Shown: positions 19,980 through 31,280, numbered from the stretch's first letter. The stretch: 64,000 nucleotides of DNA from a virus (IMGVR_UViG_3300031867_005256:4636-68635), one strand, 5' to 3'. Numbers and translations: made by a program. Notes: generated from the letters alone by a model not told the origin.

Positions 19980-22900
19980 ATGGCTACTCTGAAAAGAATG
20001 GAACTCCACTCTCATACAGAGTATTCTTAAAAAGCTAATCTTCGCATTGTGGATAGTATTAACAAGCCAGAGGCGCTAATAGACAGAGCAATAGAATTAG
20101 GCTTGGCGGGTATTGCAATAACAGACCACGAGAGTTTGTCTGGCAGCATCCGCATAAATAAATATGCTAAAAAAATCAGAGAAAAATATCCAGACTTTAA
20201 AATTGCAATTGGTGACGAAATTTATTTAGTAGATGAAAGACCTACTGATAAGCATTACCATTTCATATTAATTGCGAAAGATGCCGTTGGGCATAAGCAA
20301 CTTCGTTATCTATCTTCTCTTGCATGGATGAACTCTTATTATGCGAAGGGTCTTGAAAGAGTAGATACTCTGAAATCCGATTTGGAGAAAGTAATAAAAG
20401 CAAATCCCGGTCATATTATGGCGTTTTCAGCGTGTCTCGGTTCAGAGATCGACCAAGCTATATTAAGATTGACAAAAGCAGAAAAAGTAGACGATGAAGA
20501 AGAGAGAAAGAAAGCTCATAATGATATTGTAAAAATGGTTCTTTGGTGCAAGGAATTGTTTGGAGAAGATTTCTACCTCGAATGTCAGCCCGCCTGTTCA
20601 AAAGAGCAGATTACTGTAAATAGAAGATTACTTTCAATTGCAGCTTGTTTTAATGTAAAGATGACAGTTTCTTGCGATGTTCATTATTTAAAGAAAGAAG
20701 ATAGATATATTCATAAGGCTTTTCTGAATAGTAAACAAGGTGAAAGAGAAGTTGATGCTTTTTATGAGTATACATATCTTCAATCAAATGAAGAAATATA
20801 TGAAAATTTAAAAGCCTGTGATTATGATGAATTATTTGTTAATCAGCTTTTTAATAATACGATGGAAGTGTGGAACAAAATTGAATTTTATGATTTTGAA
20901 CACACTCAGCAAATCCCCTCAGTAGAAGTGCCGATTTATAACAAGCGGCAGCCGCCCGCAGAATTAATAGAAAAGAATGAATTATCAAGAATGTTTCAAT
21001 CTGATGACGATGTAGAACGTTATTGGGTAAATTATTGTTGGGATAAGTTACAAGATTATTGCAAGAAAAAGAATAAAGATATCGTTCCTTATATTGATGA
21101 ATTAGAAGAAGAAGCCGAAGTAAAAACAATAGTAGGAAAGAAACTTGATACAAATATGTTTTCTTATCCTGTCGTTTTACAACATTATATTGATTTAATT
21201 TGGGAGTGCGACAGTATTATTGGGGCAGGTCGTGGAAGTGCGTGTGCTGCTTTAAATCATTTCTTGCTTGGAATTACCCAGCTCGACCCATTGGACTGGT
21301 CTTTTCCGTTCTTCCGATACATGAATAGGGAAACAACCTCGCTTGGAGATATAGACATTGATGTACAACCGAGTCGAAGGCCCGCAATTATGAAAGCTAT
21401 AAAAGAAGAGCGAAGTAAGAATATTAAATCTACATATGATGATAAAACGAAAACTGAGCTTGGTTGTACTTACGTAGCAACATTTGGAACAGAATCGAGC
21501 AAAAGTGCAATACTCACCGCCGCAAGAGGATATCGTTCAGAAGAATTTCCTGATGGAATTGATAGTGATATTAGTAAATATTTATCTTCTCTTATACCTT
21601 CTGATAGAGGTTTTGTAAGAACTTTATCTCAAGTCGTTTATGGAGATGAAGAAAAAGATTATAAGCCTATTGCTCCATTCGTTGCGGAAATCAGCCAATA
21701 TCCTGGCTTATTAGAAATAGCTATGGGAATTGAAGGGCTAATATCAAGACGTGGTATTCACGCATCTGGTATTATTATGTTTGATGAAGATCCATATGCA
21801 AGATGTTGTTTTATGAAAGCCCCGAATGGGAGCATTACGACTCAGTTTGACCTCCATGATGCGGAATATATGGGCAATGTAAAGTATGACCTCCTTGTTA
21901 CGGAAGTCTGCGATAGGTTAGGTCAGACTCTCAAGATTATGCAAGAGAAGGGAATTTTTGATAAAAATTTAACTTTAAGAGAATTATACAATCAAACCAT
22001 TCATCCTGATGTTTTAAATATAGAAGATGAATCAGTATGGAAATCTATTCAAGAAGCAAATGTTTATGCTATGTTTCAGCTTGACTCAAATGTTGGCAGA
22101 CAAGGGACAAAAGCAATCAAGCCTACTAATATGTGGGAATTGAGTAATACAAATGCTTTGATTAGACTGATGGCGGAAGAGGGTGAAGAACGCCCGATGG
22201 ACAAGTATATCCGCTATCGTAAGAATCCAGTCTTTTGGGAAGCAGAAATGGATAAATATGAATTAACAGAAGAAGAAAAAGAAGCCGTGCGGAGACAGCT
22301 TGATAAATCTTCTGGGGTAGGTCTTTCTCAGGAACAGCTTATGAAGATTTTGATGAACGAGCATCTTTGTCATTTTAGTCTTGCTGAAGCCAATGCAGCG
22401 AGGAAAGTCGTTTCAAAGAAGAAGTTCAAAGAAATCGAGACTTTAAAAGAAAAAGTATTTAATCATGCCAGAAATGAAAAGCTTGGTCAATATATTTGGA
22501 CTTCGGTTGTACAGCCTCAGCTTGGATATTCCTTTTCCGAGATACACTCGCTTAGTTATAGCTACATTGGTTATCAAACCGCATATATCTCAACCCACTG
22601 GAATCCTGTGTATTGGAACACGGCTTGCTTGATTGTCGATTCAGGCTCTCTCGATGCAGAAGAAGGAGAAAAAGAGAAGAATACAGACTATTCTAAAGTT
22701 GCTAAAGCAATAGGAATGATGAAATCTCAAGGAATAGAAGTTTCTTTGGTAGATATTAATAAATCTTCTTTCGGTTTTGAAGCAGATGACAAAAATAATA
22801 GAATATTGTTTGGTTTAAAAGGATTGTCAAAGATAAATGATGAGTCAGTAGAAAAAATAATAAGCGGAAGACCATATACAGGAATAATTGATTTTATGAA

Positions 22901-23909
22901 CAGATGCCCACTTACAAAAACTGCAATGCTATCTTTAATAAAAGGTGGAGCATTTGATGAAGTCGATTATGAATGGGCTTCAAAAATAAATCCCGAGCCC
23001 CGCGTTGCAATTATGGCATATTACATTTCTATTGCTTGTGAGCCTAAAAAGAAATTAACAATGCAAAATGCGGCAGGTCTTATTAAAGCGGGATTCATAC
23101 CAGATGATTTTGATGTTCAAAAAAGAGTCTTCGCTTTTAATAAGTATTTAAAGAATAATAAAAGTGGAGAATATTATATCTTAGATGCTCCATGTCAAAA
23201 CTTTTATTCAAAGTATTTTGACCAAGATAAACTTGTTATAGATGAAAACCAGAATATAAAGATACTTCAAAAAGAGTGGGAAAAAATATATAAAACCGAA
23301 ATGGAAAAAATCAAAGTATGGCTGATTCAAAATCATGACGAAGTTTTAAAGAAATATAATTTTCTTCTTTTTAAAGAAATGTGGAATAAGTATTGCGAGA
23401 ATACGATTGCTGCATGGGAAATGGAAGCTTGCTGTTTCTATTCTCATCCGCATGAATTGCTTAATATAGACAGGGGAAAATATGGATTAAGCGATTTTTC
23501 TCAATTGCCGCAAGTCCCAGAGGTAGAATATTATTTTAAGAGAGGCGGAAGAGATATTCCTATCTATTGTCTTACAAGGATTGTAGGAACAATTTTGAAT
23601 AAGGATGATGTTCGCTCGTCTATATCATTACTTACTCTTGACGGTGTTATTACAGTGAAATTTACGAAAGAATATTATGCAAATTATAAGAAGCGTATTT
23701 CTCAAGTAAATCCCGATGGAACAAAGACTGTTATTGAAGATGGTTGGTTCAAGAGAGGAAATAAAATAATGGTTACAGGTTTCCGCAGAGAGGATACTTT
23801 TGTAGCAAAGAGTTATACAAATACTCCTACACATCAATTGTATTTAATTACTTCTATTTCAAAAGACGGAACAACTATGGAACTTGAACATGAGAGAGCG
23901 GATGTATAA
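19980..23909 (+). CDS. dnaE: DNA polymerase III alpha (DnaE-type); N-terminus interrupted by an in-frame TAA at 20028-20030
   Basis: PHP motifs HSHTEYS and ITDHE, GAGRGS, catalytic DIDID, RGIHASG, KYDLL and a C-terminal OB fold. Promoter and RBS precede ATG 19980. Confidence 0.9.
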
Positions 23910-23921
23910 TCCGCTTTCTTT
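23892..23921 (+). terminator. Hairpin terminator at the end of dnaE
   Basis: gagagcgga-tgtataa-tccgctttc followed by Ts. Confidence 0.6.
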
Positions 23922-23936
23922 TAGGAGGAATATTAT

Positions 23937-24221
23937 ATGACTAATTATCAAAAAATAATAGAAATGCTTTTAAAATATGGGACACCAGAGATAGAAGCAG
24001 AAGTTGTATCTTTAATTAGTGATTGCATTTTTAAATATTCAGGTATAGATAAAATAGAGTTAAGTGATGATACTATTTATAGATGCCCGTGGAAACATGC
24101 AATAGCGAAAATGGAAGAAGCTTTTCCTACGCCAGTTCTTTCAGAAGAAGAAAAAATTGAAATGCTAAATTTTCTTAAAGAAATGAAAGAAGAAAACTAT
24201 CGTAATCTTTTTAGAAAATAA
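23937..24221 (+). CDS. Hypothetical protein
   Basis: Intact ORF with AGGAGG RBS. Confidence 0.6.
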   Translation: MTNYQKIIEMLLKYGTPEIEAEVVSLISDCIFKYSGIDKIELSDDTIYRCPWKHAIAKMEEAFPTPVLSEEEKIEMLNFLKEMKEENYRNLFRK

Positions 24222-24298
24222 ATGAAAATATTTTATGTTTGAAAAAAAATAAAAAATATGTTATAATATATATAGAGAATGAAAAAAGGAATGATTAT

Positions 24299-24667
24299 AT
24301 GAAAGATATATATAGATTTTTTGCGAAGTTAACAAAAGAAGCGTATGATATGTGGGACAATAATCAAAGAATAGCTTATATAGATTTTACAGAGGGCTTT
24401 TCGGGTAATAAAATATTTTATAATATGCGAAAATTGATACCTCTGTTAACGGTTTATTTACATCATTTTTCTAATGAAGTTCTTAAAGAGCCTGCAACTA
24501 TTCAGCAAGTAGAGAGATTTTTACATTTTTATATTCCTGATAAAAAATGTTGGTATAATATTTCTTGTTATATGTATAATGATAGAACTGATTGGGATAT
24601 ATACAAAGGAGATAGTTGTTATTCAATGTCTGAAATATTTTCAATGTTGCTGAAGGTGAAGAAATGA
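24299..24667 (+). CDS. Hypothetical protein
   Basis: ORF downstream of promoter 24239-24267 with an AAAGGA RBS. Confidence 0.55.
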   Translation: MKDIYRFFAKLTKEAYDMWDNNQRIAYIDFTEGFSGNKIFYNMRKLIPLLTVYLHHFSNEVLKEPATIQQVERFLHFYIPDKKCWYNISCYMYNDRTDWDIYKGDSCYSMSEIFSMLLKVKK

Positions 24668-24807
24668 GATATAAAATAAAAGACATTAAGGTAATAATTA
24701 ATAATGAAGTTTATAAAGTAAATACTAAATTTCTTAATTTCCCTAAGAGTATTAGAAAAAGCATTATTAAAGATTTTGCTAATTTAATAGAGGAGAGATA
24801 TAAGTGA
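24664..24807 (+). CDS. Small hypothetical protein (47 aa)
   Basis: ATGA/GTGA overlaps with both neighbours. Confidence 0.4.
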   Translation: MRYKIKDIKVIINNEVYKVNTKFLNFPKSIRKSIIKDFANLIEERYK

Positions 24808-25310
24808 TAATAATGCATGGCGATTTGTTAGAGACTCCTTTTCAATTTATTGCACATCAAGTTAATTGTATGGGTGTTATGGGGGCGGGCCTTGCCAAGC
24901 AGATAGCTCAAAGATATCCTTTTATATATGCGGCATATAGAGATTATTGTGCAGACTGGGATTTTAGTGAAGAACTTTTAGGTAAGGCATTTGGAGTAGG
25001 TTGTAATGATGGGCATACTGGTCATATAATATATAATCTTTTTGGTCAATATAAATATGGCAGAGATAAAAAATATACAAATGAAGCAGCTTTAGAAGAA
25101 GCTCTTTGGAGAATGATAGATGATATAAGATTTGAATGGAGTCAGCAAGGTGATTCTGGTATAGGTCAAATCTGTATTGCAATCCCTTATAAGATAGGTT
25201 GCGGCTTAGGTGGCGGAAATTGGGAAGAAGTAAAAGCGATATTTGAAAATATTGAGAAAAGTCATAATGTGTTATTTGTAGCGTATGATATAAGGAGAGA
25301 AATTTTATGA
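24804..25310 (+). CDS. Macro domain (ADP-ribose-processing) protein
   Basis: HGDLL...IAHQVNCMGVMGAGLAKQI and IPYKIGCGLGGGNW. Confidence 0.88.
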   Translation: MIIMHGDLLETPFQFIAHQVNCMGVMGAGLAKQIAQRYPFIYAAYRDYCADWDFSEELLGKAFGVGCNDGHTGHIIYNLFGQYKYGRDKKYTNEAALEEALWRMIDDIRFEWSQQGDSGIGQICIAIPYKIGCGLGGGNWEEVKAIFENIEKSHNVLFVAYDIRREIL

Positions 25311-25531
25311 AAGTTTATATAGATGATGCAAAGTTTACAGTCCCATTTAAAAACCTCATTCCTGGCGATTGCTTTACAGTTCCTGGCCAAGATAATAATT
25401 TGCTAATGAGAGTTGAAACTTATAATGACTATATTAATGCTGTTAATCTTAGAACAGGAGAGCTTCTGTATTTTAGATTAGATGACCAAATCTTTGAGGA
25501 AAAAGACTATGTAATATTGAAGGATGAGTGA
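25307..25531 (+). CDS. Hypothetical protein
   Basis: Intact ORF coupled to the macro-domain gene. Confidence 0.55.
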   Translation: MKVYIDDAKFTVPFKNLIPGDCFTVPGQDNNLLMRVETYNDYINAVNLRTGELLYFRLDDQIFEEKDYVILKDE

Positions 25532-25536
25532 TAACT

Positions 25537-25809
25537 ATGGCAATAGAAAGTAAAACTGAAAAAGAAGAATACTATCGAGATACGATGGTTAATCACCCCC
25601 CGCATTATACAGATGGCGGCATTGAGGTTATTGATTATATAAAAGCTAAGAATCTTGATTTTTGTCTTGGAAATGCCGTTAAATATATTTCAAGAGCGGG
25701 AAAGAAAAGCGATGCGGATATGACATAGGTTGAGAAAACTATACAAGATTTAGAGAAAGCTATTTATTATTGCAAGAAAGAAATCGAATGGCTTAACAAT
25801 TCTGATTAA
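25537..25809 (+). CDS. DUF3310 / SaV-like protein, 1 TAG
   Basis: VNHPPHYTDGGIEVIDYI...FCLGNAVKYISRAGKK...DLEKAIYY. Confidence 0.85.
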
Positions 25810-25880
25810 TTTTATTGAATAAATTTTTAAGATAATTATAGGTATCCCCTAAAATAATTTATATAATGGAGGAATCATTT

Positions 25881-28031
25881 ATGATTATTATTAAACGTGA
25901 CGGAACAGAACAAGAGTTCGATAAAAACAAAATAGTTTCCGCAGTTCTCAAAGCGTTTTCCGCAGTTGACGGAAAAATTACAGAGTATGCAGAAAAGAAA
26001 GCGGAAAACATTGCATCTTTTATTGAAGACTTGTGTGAAACAGAAGATGTAGCTTTGGATGTTGAGACGATCCAGAACTATGTAGAACGGGGCTTAATGG
26101 CAACAAAAAGACGAGATGTAGCTAAGGCTTACGTTCTATATAGAAATGAAAGAAATCAATACAGAAATGCAAAAGAAAATTTATCTAAGAAATATGAACA
26201 ACTTAATGCTCTCTTGAATGGAACGGATGAAGAGAGTAATAAAGAAAATTCAAACAAAGATACAAGAATTATTCCTACAATGAGAGATTATATTGCGGGA
26301 TTTACTTGTAGAGAGTTAGCTAATGAATTTCTTTTGCCAAAAGATATATCTGAGGCTCATACTCAAGGTATTATTCATTTTCATGATAGCGATTATTCAC
26401 CGACAATGCCGATGCACAATTGTGATCTAATAAATCTTGAAGATATGCTTCAAAATGGAACTGTTATTAGCGGAACCCTGATTGAGAAGCCTCATAAGTT
26501 TAGTACTGCTTGTACAATAGCTACACAGATTATTACTCAAGTTGCTTCTTCACAGTATGGCGGACAGAGTGTAAGCGTTGAACATCTTGCTCCTTTTGTA
26601 GAAGAGACAAGAAAATCTCTTAAAAAAGAATATCCAGAATTAAGTGAAGAGACAATAGAAAAAATGACAAGAAGAGACATAAAAGATGGTATTCAAACTA
26701 TTCAATATCAGCTAATTACAATGTCCACTACGAATGGACAAGCTCCTTTTGTAAGTTTGTTTATGTATCTTGGTGAAGCAAAATCAGAAAAAGAAAAAGA
26801 AGATTTAGCTTTAATTATCGAAGAGATTTTAAAGCAGAGAATAGAAGGCGTAAAAAATCCTCAAGGAGAACCTATTACAACAGCTTTTCCTAAATTACTT
26901 TATGTTCTTGATGAAGAGAATATGAGAGATGGAAAGTATTATTATCTTACAATGCTTGCGGCAGAATGTTCTGCGAAGAGGCTTGTTCCAGATTATATTA
27001 GTGCAAAGAAGATGAGGGAGCTAAAGCAAGGTGACGTATACCCATGTATGGGATGTAGGTCGTTCCTACACGCCGACCCCATCAATCATAAGTATTATGG
27101 AAAATTTAATCAAGGTGTGGTTACAATAAATTTGCCTTATCTGGCTTGTCTTGCAAGAGAAGAATATCCAGATGATACAAACGAAAGAATGAAGTCTTTT
27201 TGGGGTTATTTATACAAGTATCTGAATCTTTGCTATGATGCCCTAATGATTAGGCATAACAGTTTAGTAGGAACAAAATCTGACGTTGCCCCAATTCTTT
27301 GGCAGCATGGAGCGTTAGCAAGATTAAAGCCCGGCGAAGAGATTACACCACTTCTTTATAATGGAAATTCATCTATTTCTCTTGGTTACGCAGGTCTTTG
27401 GGAATGTGTTTATGGTCTAATTGGGGAAGAACTAATTTCTGCGAATGGAAAAGATTTAGGCTTAGAAATTATGAAGTGCTTAAACAATGCTTGCGAGAAG
27501 TGGAAAAAAGAAACAAATATTTACTTTTCAGTATATGGATCTCCTATCGAAAGCACTACTTTTAAATTTGCCAAAGCACTACAAAAGAAATTTGGAATAA
27601 TAGAAGGCGTTACAGATAAGAAATATGTAACAAATAGTTATCATATTACACCATCAAAAGAAATAGATGCATTTAGTAAGTTAAGTTTTGAATCTGAGTT
27701 TCAGGTGTTAAGTCCGGGAGGTGCGATCAGCTACGTAGAAGTGCCTAATATGACTAAAAATATTCCTGCAATGCTTGAAATTATTAAACATATATATAAT
27801 ACCATTCTTTATGCGGAAATAAATACTATGACTTCTTATTGTCAGGTTTGTGGGTGCAAAGACATAAAAATGCAAGATAATCTTGAATTTAAGTGCCCTC
27901 AGTGCGGAAACACTGATTTTAATAAGATGAATATAGCATTAAGAATATGCGGATATATCTCGACCAATCCTTTCAATGAAGGTCGTGCAGCAGATATTCA
28001 TGATAGAGTATATCATGTCGGAATGGAATAA
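25881..28031 (+). CDS. nrdD: Anaerobic ribonucleoside-triphosphate reductase (class III)
   Basis: ATP cone IIKRDG, YPCMGCRSFL, GYAGLWE, CQVC...CPQC and glycyl-radical RICGYI. Confidence 0.95.
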   Translation: MIIIKRDGTEQEFDKNKIVSAVLKAFSAVDGKITEYAEKKAENIASFIEDLCETEDVALDVETIQNYVERGLMATKRRDVAKAYVLYRNERNQYRNAKENLSKKYEQLNALLNGTDEESNKENSNKDTRIIPTMRDYIAGFTCRELANEFLLPKDISEAHTQGIIHFHDSDYSPTMPMHNCDLINLEDMLQNGTVISGTLIEKPHKFSTACTIATQIITQVASSQYGGQSVSVEHLAPFVEETRKSLKKEYPELSEETIEKMTRRDIKDGIQTIQYQLITMSTTNGQAPFVSLFMYLGEAKSEKEKEDLALIIEEILKQRIEGVKNPQGEPITTAFPKLLYVLDEENMRDGKYYYLTMLAAECSAKRLVPDYISAKKMRELKQGDVYPCMGCRSFLHADPINHKYYGKFNQGVVTINLPYLACLAREEYPDDTNERMKSFWGYLYKYLNLCYDALMIRHNSLVGTKSDVAPILWQHGALARLKPGEEITPLLYNGNSSISLGYAGLWECVYGLIGEELISANGKDLGLEIMKCLNNACEKWKKETNIYFSVYGSPIESTTFKFAKALQKKFGIIEGVTDKKYVTNSYHITPSKEIDAFSKLSFESEFQVLSPGGAISYVEVPNMTKNIPAMLEIIKHIYNTILYAEINTMTSYCQVCGCKDIKMQDNLEFKCPQCGNTDFNKMNIALRICGYISTNPFNEGRAADIHDRVYHVGME

Positions 28032-28047
28032 TCAAGGTGAGATAATA

Positions 28048-28524
28048 ATGGCAAGATATTCTAAAATAAAGACATATGATATTTCAAACGGAAGAGGTCT
28101 CCGCACTTCAATCTTCTTTAGTGGATGCCCAATTCATTGTAAAGGGTGTTTTAATCAAGAGCTGTGGAATCCTAATGTTGGACAAGAGTACACAGAAAAG
28201 ACGTATCAAGAAATAAAGGATAGTATGAATGAACATATTGATGGCTTGTCTATCTTAGGAGGAGAACCGTTAAGTGATTATAATTTATCAACGGTAATAA
28301 AACTTTGTAAAGAATTTAATAAAGATTTTCCAACTAAATCCATATTTCTTTGGACTGGATATGAAATTGAAGATTTCACAGAACAACAGAAAGAAGTATT
28401 AAATTATATTCATGTTCTTGTATGCGGACCTTTCGTTGAAGAATTAAAAGATTTGAATTTAAAGATGAGAGGAAGCTCTAATCAAAGAGTGCTTCCTATT
28501 AGATACACAATATTTAAGGAGTGA
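28048..28524 (+). CDS. nrdG: NrdD activating enzyme (radical SAM)
   Basis: GCPIHCKGCFN, LGGEP and RGSSNQR. Confidence 0.93.
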   Translation: MARYSKIKTYDISNGRGLRTSIFFSGCPIHCKGCFNQELWNPNVGQEYTEKTYQEIKDSMNEHIDGLSILGGEPLSDYNLSTVIKLCKEFNKDFPTKSIFLWTGYEIEDFTEQQKEVLNYIHVLVCGPFVEELKDLNLKMRGSSNQRVLPIRYTIFKE

Positions 28525-28916
28525 AAGCAATGAGTGAGAATATAGAAATAGGTAATCTTTACGATTTAAATAAAGATATTATGAAGAAAGCGCCTCCTCT
28601 TACGTCAAAAGAAATAGAAGATAAGAAAATTGCTTTGCAGAACTTTTTCTCAAAAGAGAATGGATATTATTATATGCTGCTTTGTAACGAGCAGAAAGAT
28701 TATACAGTATTTCATCTTTCTTTTTCAGCAATGGAAGGTATCCCGTCATTTGTTGCCGCCGCAGAAGAAGTAATAGAGTGTCTTAAAAATCGTGGTAAGA
28801 TTTTGGCTATTGATTATATAGAAGAAACTGGCGCATATGAGTGTTGGATAAAGAGAAGCGGGCTTTGTTATATGTATGCGTTATTCCCCTATGATGCGGC
28901 AGTTATAGAGTGCTAA
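28521..28916 (+). CDS. Conserved phage hypothetical protein
   Basis: Intact ORF; YYMLLCNEQKDYTVF...YALFPYD. Confidence 0.6.
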   Translation: MKAMSENIEIGNLYDLNKDIMKKAPPLTSKEIEDKKIALQNFFSKENGYYYMLLCNEQKDYTVFHLSFSAMEGIPSFVAAAEEVIECLKNRGKILAIDYIEETGAYECWIKRSGLCYMYALFPYDAAVIEC

Positions 28917-28928
28917 AGGAGAGCAAAT

Positions 28929-29201
28929 ATGAACATATATGTAAATATTAAGCCTTTTGAAAGACTCCAAGAAATTTTAATGGAAAATAATGGAGAAACT
29001 TTCCATCACTATGTTTTTCTTGAAGACATTCCCGCTACGATTTTAAATGATTATAAGCATAAGACACCTTCTGACTCTTGTACGATAAGGCTTATCGGTA
29101 ATATTACTTTTAATCAAGAGTGCGAAAGAAAAATTAATGAATGTTTTATAAAAGAGTATGGCATAGCAGATTATATTCTTATTAAAGAAAAAGGAGAATA
29201 A
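28929..29201 (+). CDS. Hypothetical protein
   Basis: Intact ORF with RBS. Confidence 0.55.
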   Translation: MNIYVNIKPFERLQEILMENNGETFHHYVFLEDIPATILNDYKHKTPSDSCTIRLIGNITFNQECERKINECFIKEYGIADYILIKEKGE

Positions 29202-29203
29202 TT

Positions 29204-29449
29204 ATGAGTAAGTATCTTATTAGTTCAGTTGATACATATAGAGTAGATAGCGAAATGGAAGCTAAGGAACTGATTGAAAAGGCAAAAGCAGATCCTATGT
29301 TTAATATAAAGAAGTACACAACAGAAAAAAGATGTACAAAGTCTAAAGGAGAAATTATTGATGAGTGGATAAGAATTTAGATCACTCGTGAATTTACTTC
29401 CGAGAAGGAACCCGACAGACAGGTTGAAATTAATTTTGAGGAGCTTTGA
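29204..29449 (+). CDS. Hypothetical protein (81 aa), 1 TAG
   Basis: MSKYLISSVDTYRVDSE...EKEPDRQV is open with TAG=Q; AAGGAG RBS. Confidence 0.65.
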
Positions 29450-29452
29450 TTT

Positions 29453-29914
29453 ATGATAGAAGTAGATATGAATATGTGTACAGTACCAACTGTAAATTTT
29501 AAGAAGCTCACTCCCTTTGCAACGACTCCTACACGCGGGACTCCTGACTCCGCAGGACTTGACCTTTATGCGGCAGACACGATTGTTATTCCGCCTCGTA
29601 AGTGTGGGAAAATACCGACTGATATTGCAATGGAAATTCCCAGAGGCTATTTTGGCGGAATTTATTCAAGAAGCGGTGTTGCTACAAAACGCGGACTTCG
29701 TATTGCGCAGGGGACAGCTGTGATTGATGCCGATTACCGAGGTAATATAATCGTACCTCTCTTTAATGATTCCGATGAAGAGCAGATAGTTGAAAGAGGA
29801 GAACGTATTGCACAACTGATAATTCAACCTTATCTTGAAGTTAATCTTTCTCTTGTAGATGAACTCAATGATACAGAACGCGGCAACGGCGGATTCGGAA
29901 GTACCGGTACGTAA
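29453..29914 (+). CDS. dut: Trimeric dUTPase
   Basis: SAGLDL, SRSG, VIDADYRG, RIAQL and RGNGGFGSTG. Confidence 0.95.
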   Translation: MIEVDMNMCTVPTVNFKKLTPFATTPTRGTPDSAGLDLYAADTIVIPPRKCGKIPTDIAMEIPRGYFGGIYSRSGVATKRGLRIAQGTAVIDADYRGNIIVPLFNDSDEEQIVERGERIAQLIIQPYLEVNLSLVDELNDTERGNGGFGSTGT

Positions 29915-29929
29915 TATAAAGGTGGTGAT

Positions 29930-30589
29930 TTGATGAAAAAATTAAAAGGCTTTACTTTAATAGAATTAATGATTGTTATTGCTATAATTGGTATTTTAGC
30001 TTGTTTGTTAATTCCTGCAATGGCACAATATATTCGTAAAGCGCAAATCACCACCGATGTTACTAATGCAAAAGAGATATATGACGCTGCGCAATTCATT
30101 ATGATGACAGATATGCAAGCATATAATGAAGTTATGGGAAATGGTCAAGATAGTCGCGGAGGCTTCCGACCAAGCGATGGCGGATGCTCAGATTTGATAG
30201 GCAAGGATAACCGAAAACGCTTGACAGTCGCAAAAATACAAGGCGCCCGCACGCAGTATGGCAATGATAATTACTGGATGTGGACTCTTGATCGTAATCA
30301 TCATACAGATACTTTTTGTTACGATTTAAATTAGGCAATGGGATTTGTACCAAACAGAAAGCCTAATGTACATATGAAATGTAGATCTCATTCACAAATA
30401 GGTAATACAAATAGTAACAAGAATGGCGGTCGTAGTTCATCTACAATAAAAACCGATAGATATTTAATAGCTCGTGTTCAAGGTACTGATACAATAGAAA
30501 TATGGGCTAGCAGTAGTTATGGTGCAGGCGGAGGTCAATATGGACTATTTAGACTTTGGCCTTCTCCAGATATAGAATATCAAGTTTAA
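29930..30589 (+). CDS. Type IV pilin-like protein with prepilin cleavage motif, 219 aa with TAG at codon 135
   Basis: KG|FTLIELMIVIAIIGILA. ORFs 29930-30334 and 30338-30589 are in the same frame, separated only by TAG. Confidence 0.85.
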
Positions 30590-30612
30590 ACCACTCTTTT
30601 GAGTGGTTTTTT
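30588..30612 (+). terminator. Terminator after the pilin-like gene
   Basis: aaaccactc-tttt-gagtggttt followed by Ts. Confidence 0.8.
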
Positions 30613-30739
30613 CTTTATCTTGCCAATGGGGCGCTTACGCTCGTCAAACCAAAATCAAAAAATGCTCTACAACTTTTTTTAATCAAAACTTGACATATTA
30701 AAAAATTTTTGGTATAATAAAGAAAAAGGAGTTGAGAGC

Positions 30740-31252
30740 ATGATTATCATGTCAATAGATGCAAGTACAAAATCAACTGGAATAGCTATCTTTAATGAAG
30801 ATAGTCTTATATATAAAGACTGCTTAACTGCAACCGCATCATGGTCTTTATTAAAAAGGATAGTGGCAATAGTTAACAAAATAAAAGATGTATTAGATAA
30901 ATATAAGGTTGATAAAATTATTTTGGAAGAGGTGCGTCCCGAAGCGGCAGCCGCGAATATAAAAACATGGAGAGCTTTAATGTGGTTACAAGCCGCAATA
31001 AATTTAATGCTCTATGAAGAATATCCAACGATAGATGTAGATTATCTTTATCCCAGTGAATGGCGGAAATATTGCAAAATAAAATAGGGCAGAGGAACCA
31101 AAAGAGAAGAATTAAAAGCGGCAGATATTGAATGGGCATAGAAATAGTTCAATGTAGAAAATATAAATGACGATATTGCGGATGCTATTGGAATTGGTTA
31201 TGGATATTTAAAGCAAAAAGAAGAAAAATCGCATGAATTAAATTGGGAATAA
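30740..31252 (+). CDS. RuvC-like Holliday junction resolvase, 3 TAG
   Basis: SIDASTKSTG, ILEE, PSEWRK and DDIADAIGIG; the last motif is reached only with TAG=Q. Confidence 0.85.
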
Positions 31253-31253
31253 A

Positions 31254-31280
31254 AAAGCGGAGACAATTAGTCTCCGCTTT
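31254..31280. terminator. Bidirectional terminator where the two arms converge
   Basis: aaagcggagac-aatta-gtctccgcttt. Confidence 0.75.

Noticed and set aside
20026-20034. Excision of the dnaE 9-mer in trans by one of the window's introns (it has U at the 5' side and G at the 3' end)
   Set aside because: None of the three visible guide sequences (GCCGUG, GCUCGC, GGCC) pairs with AGUAUU. Introns outside the window cannot be assessed.
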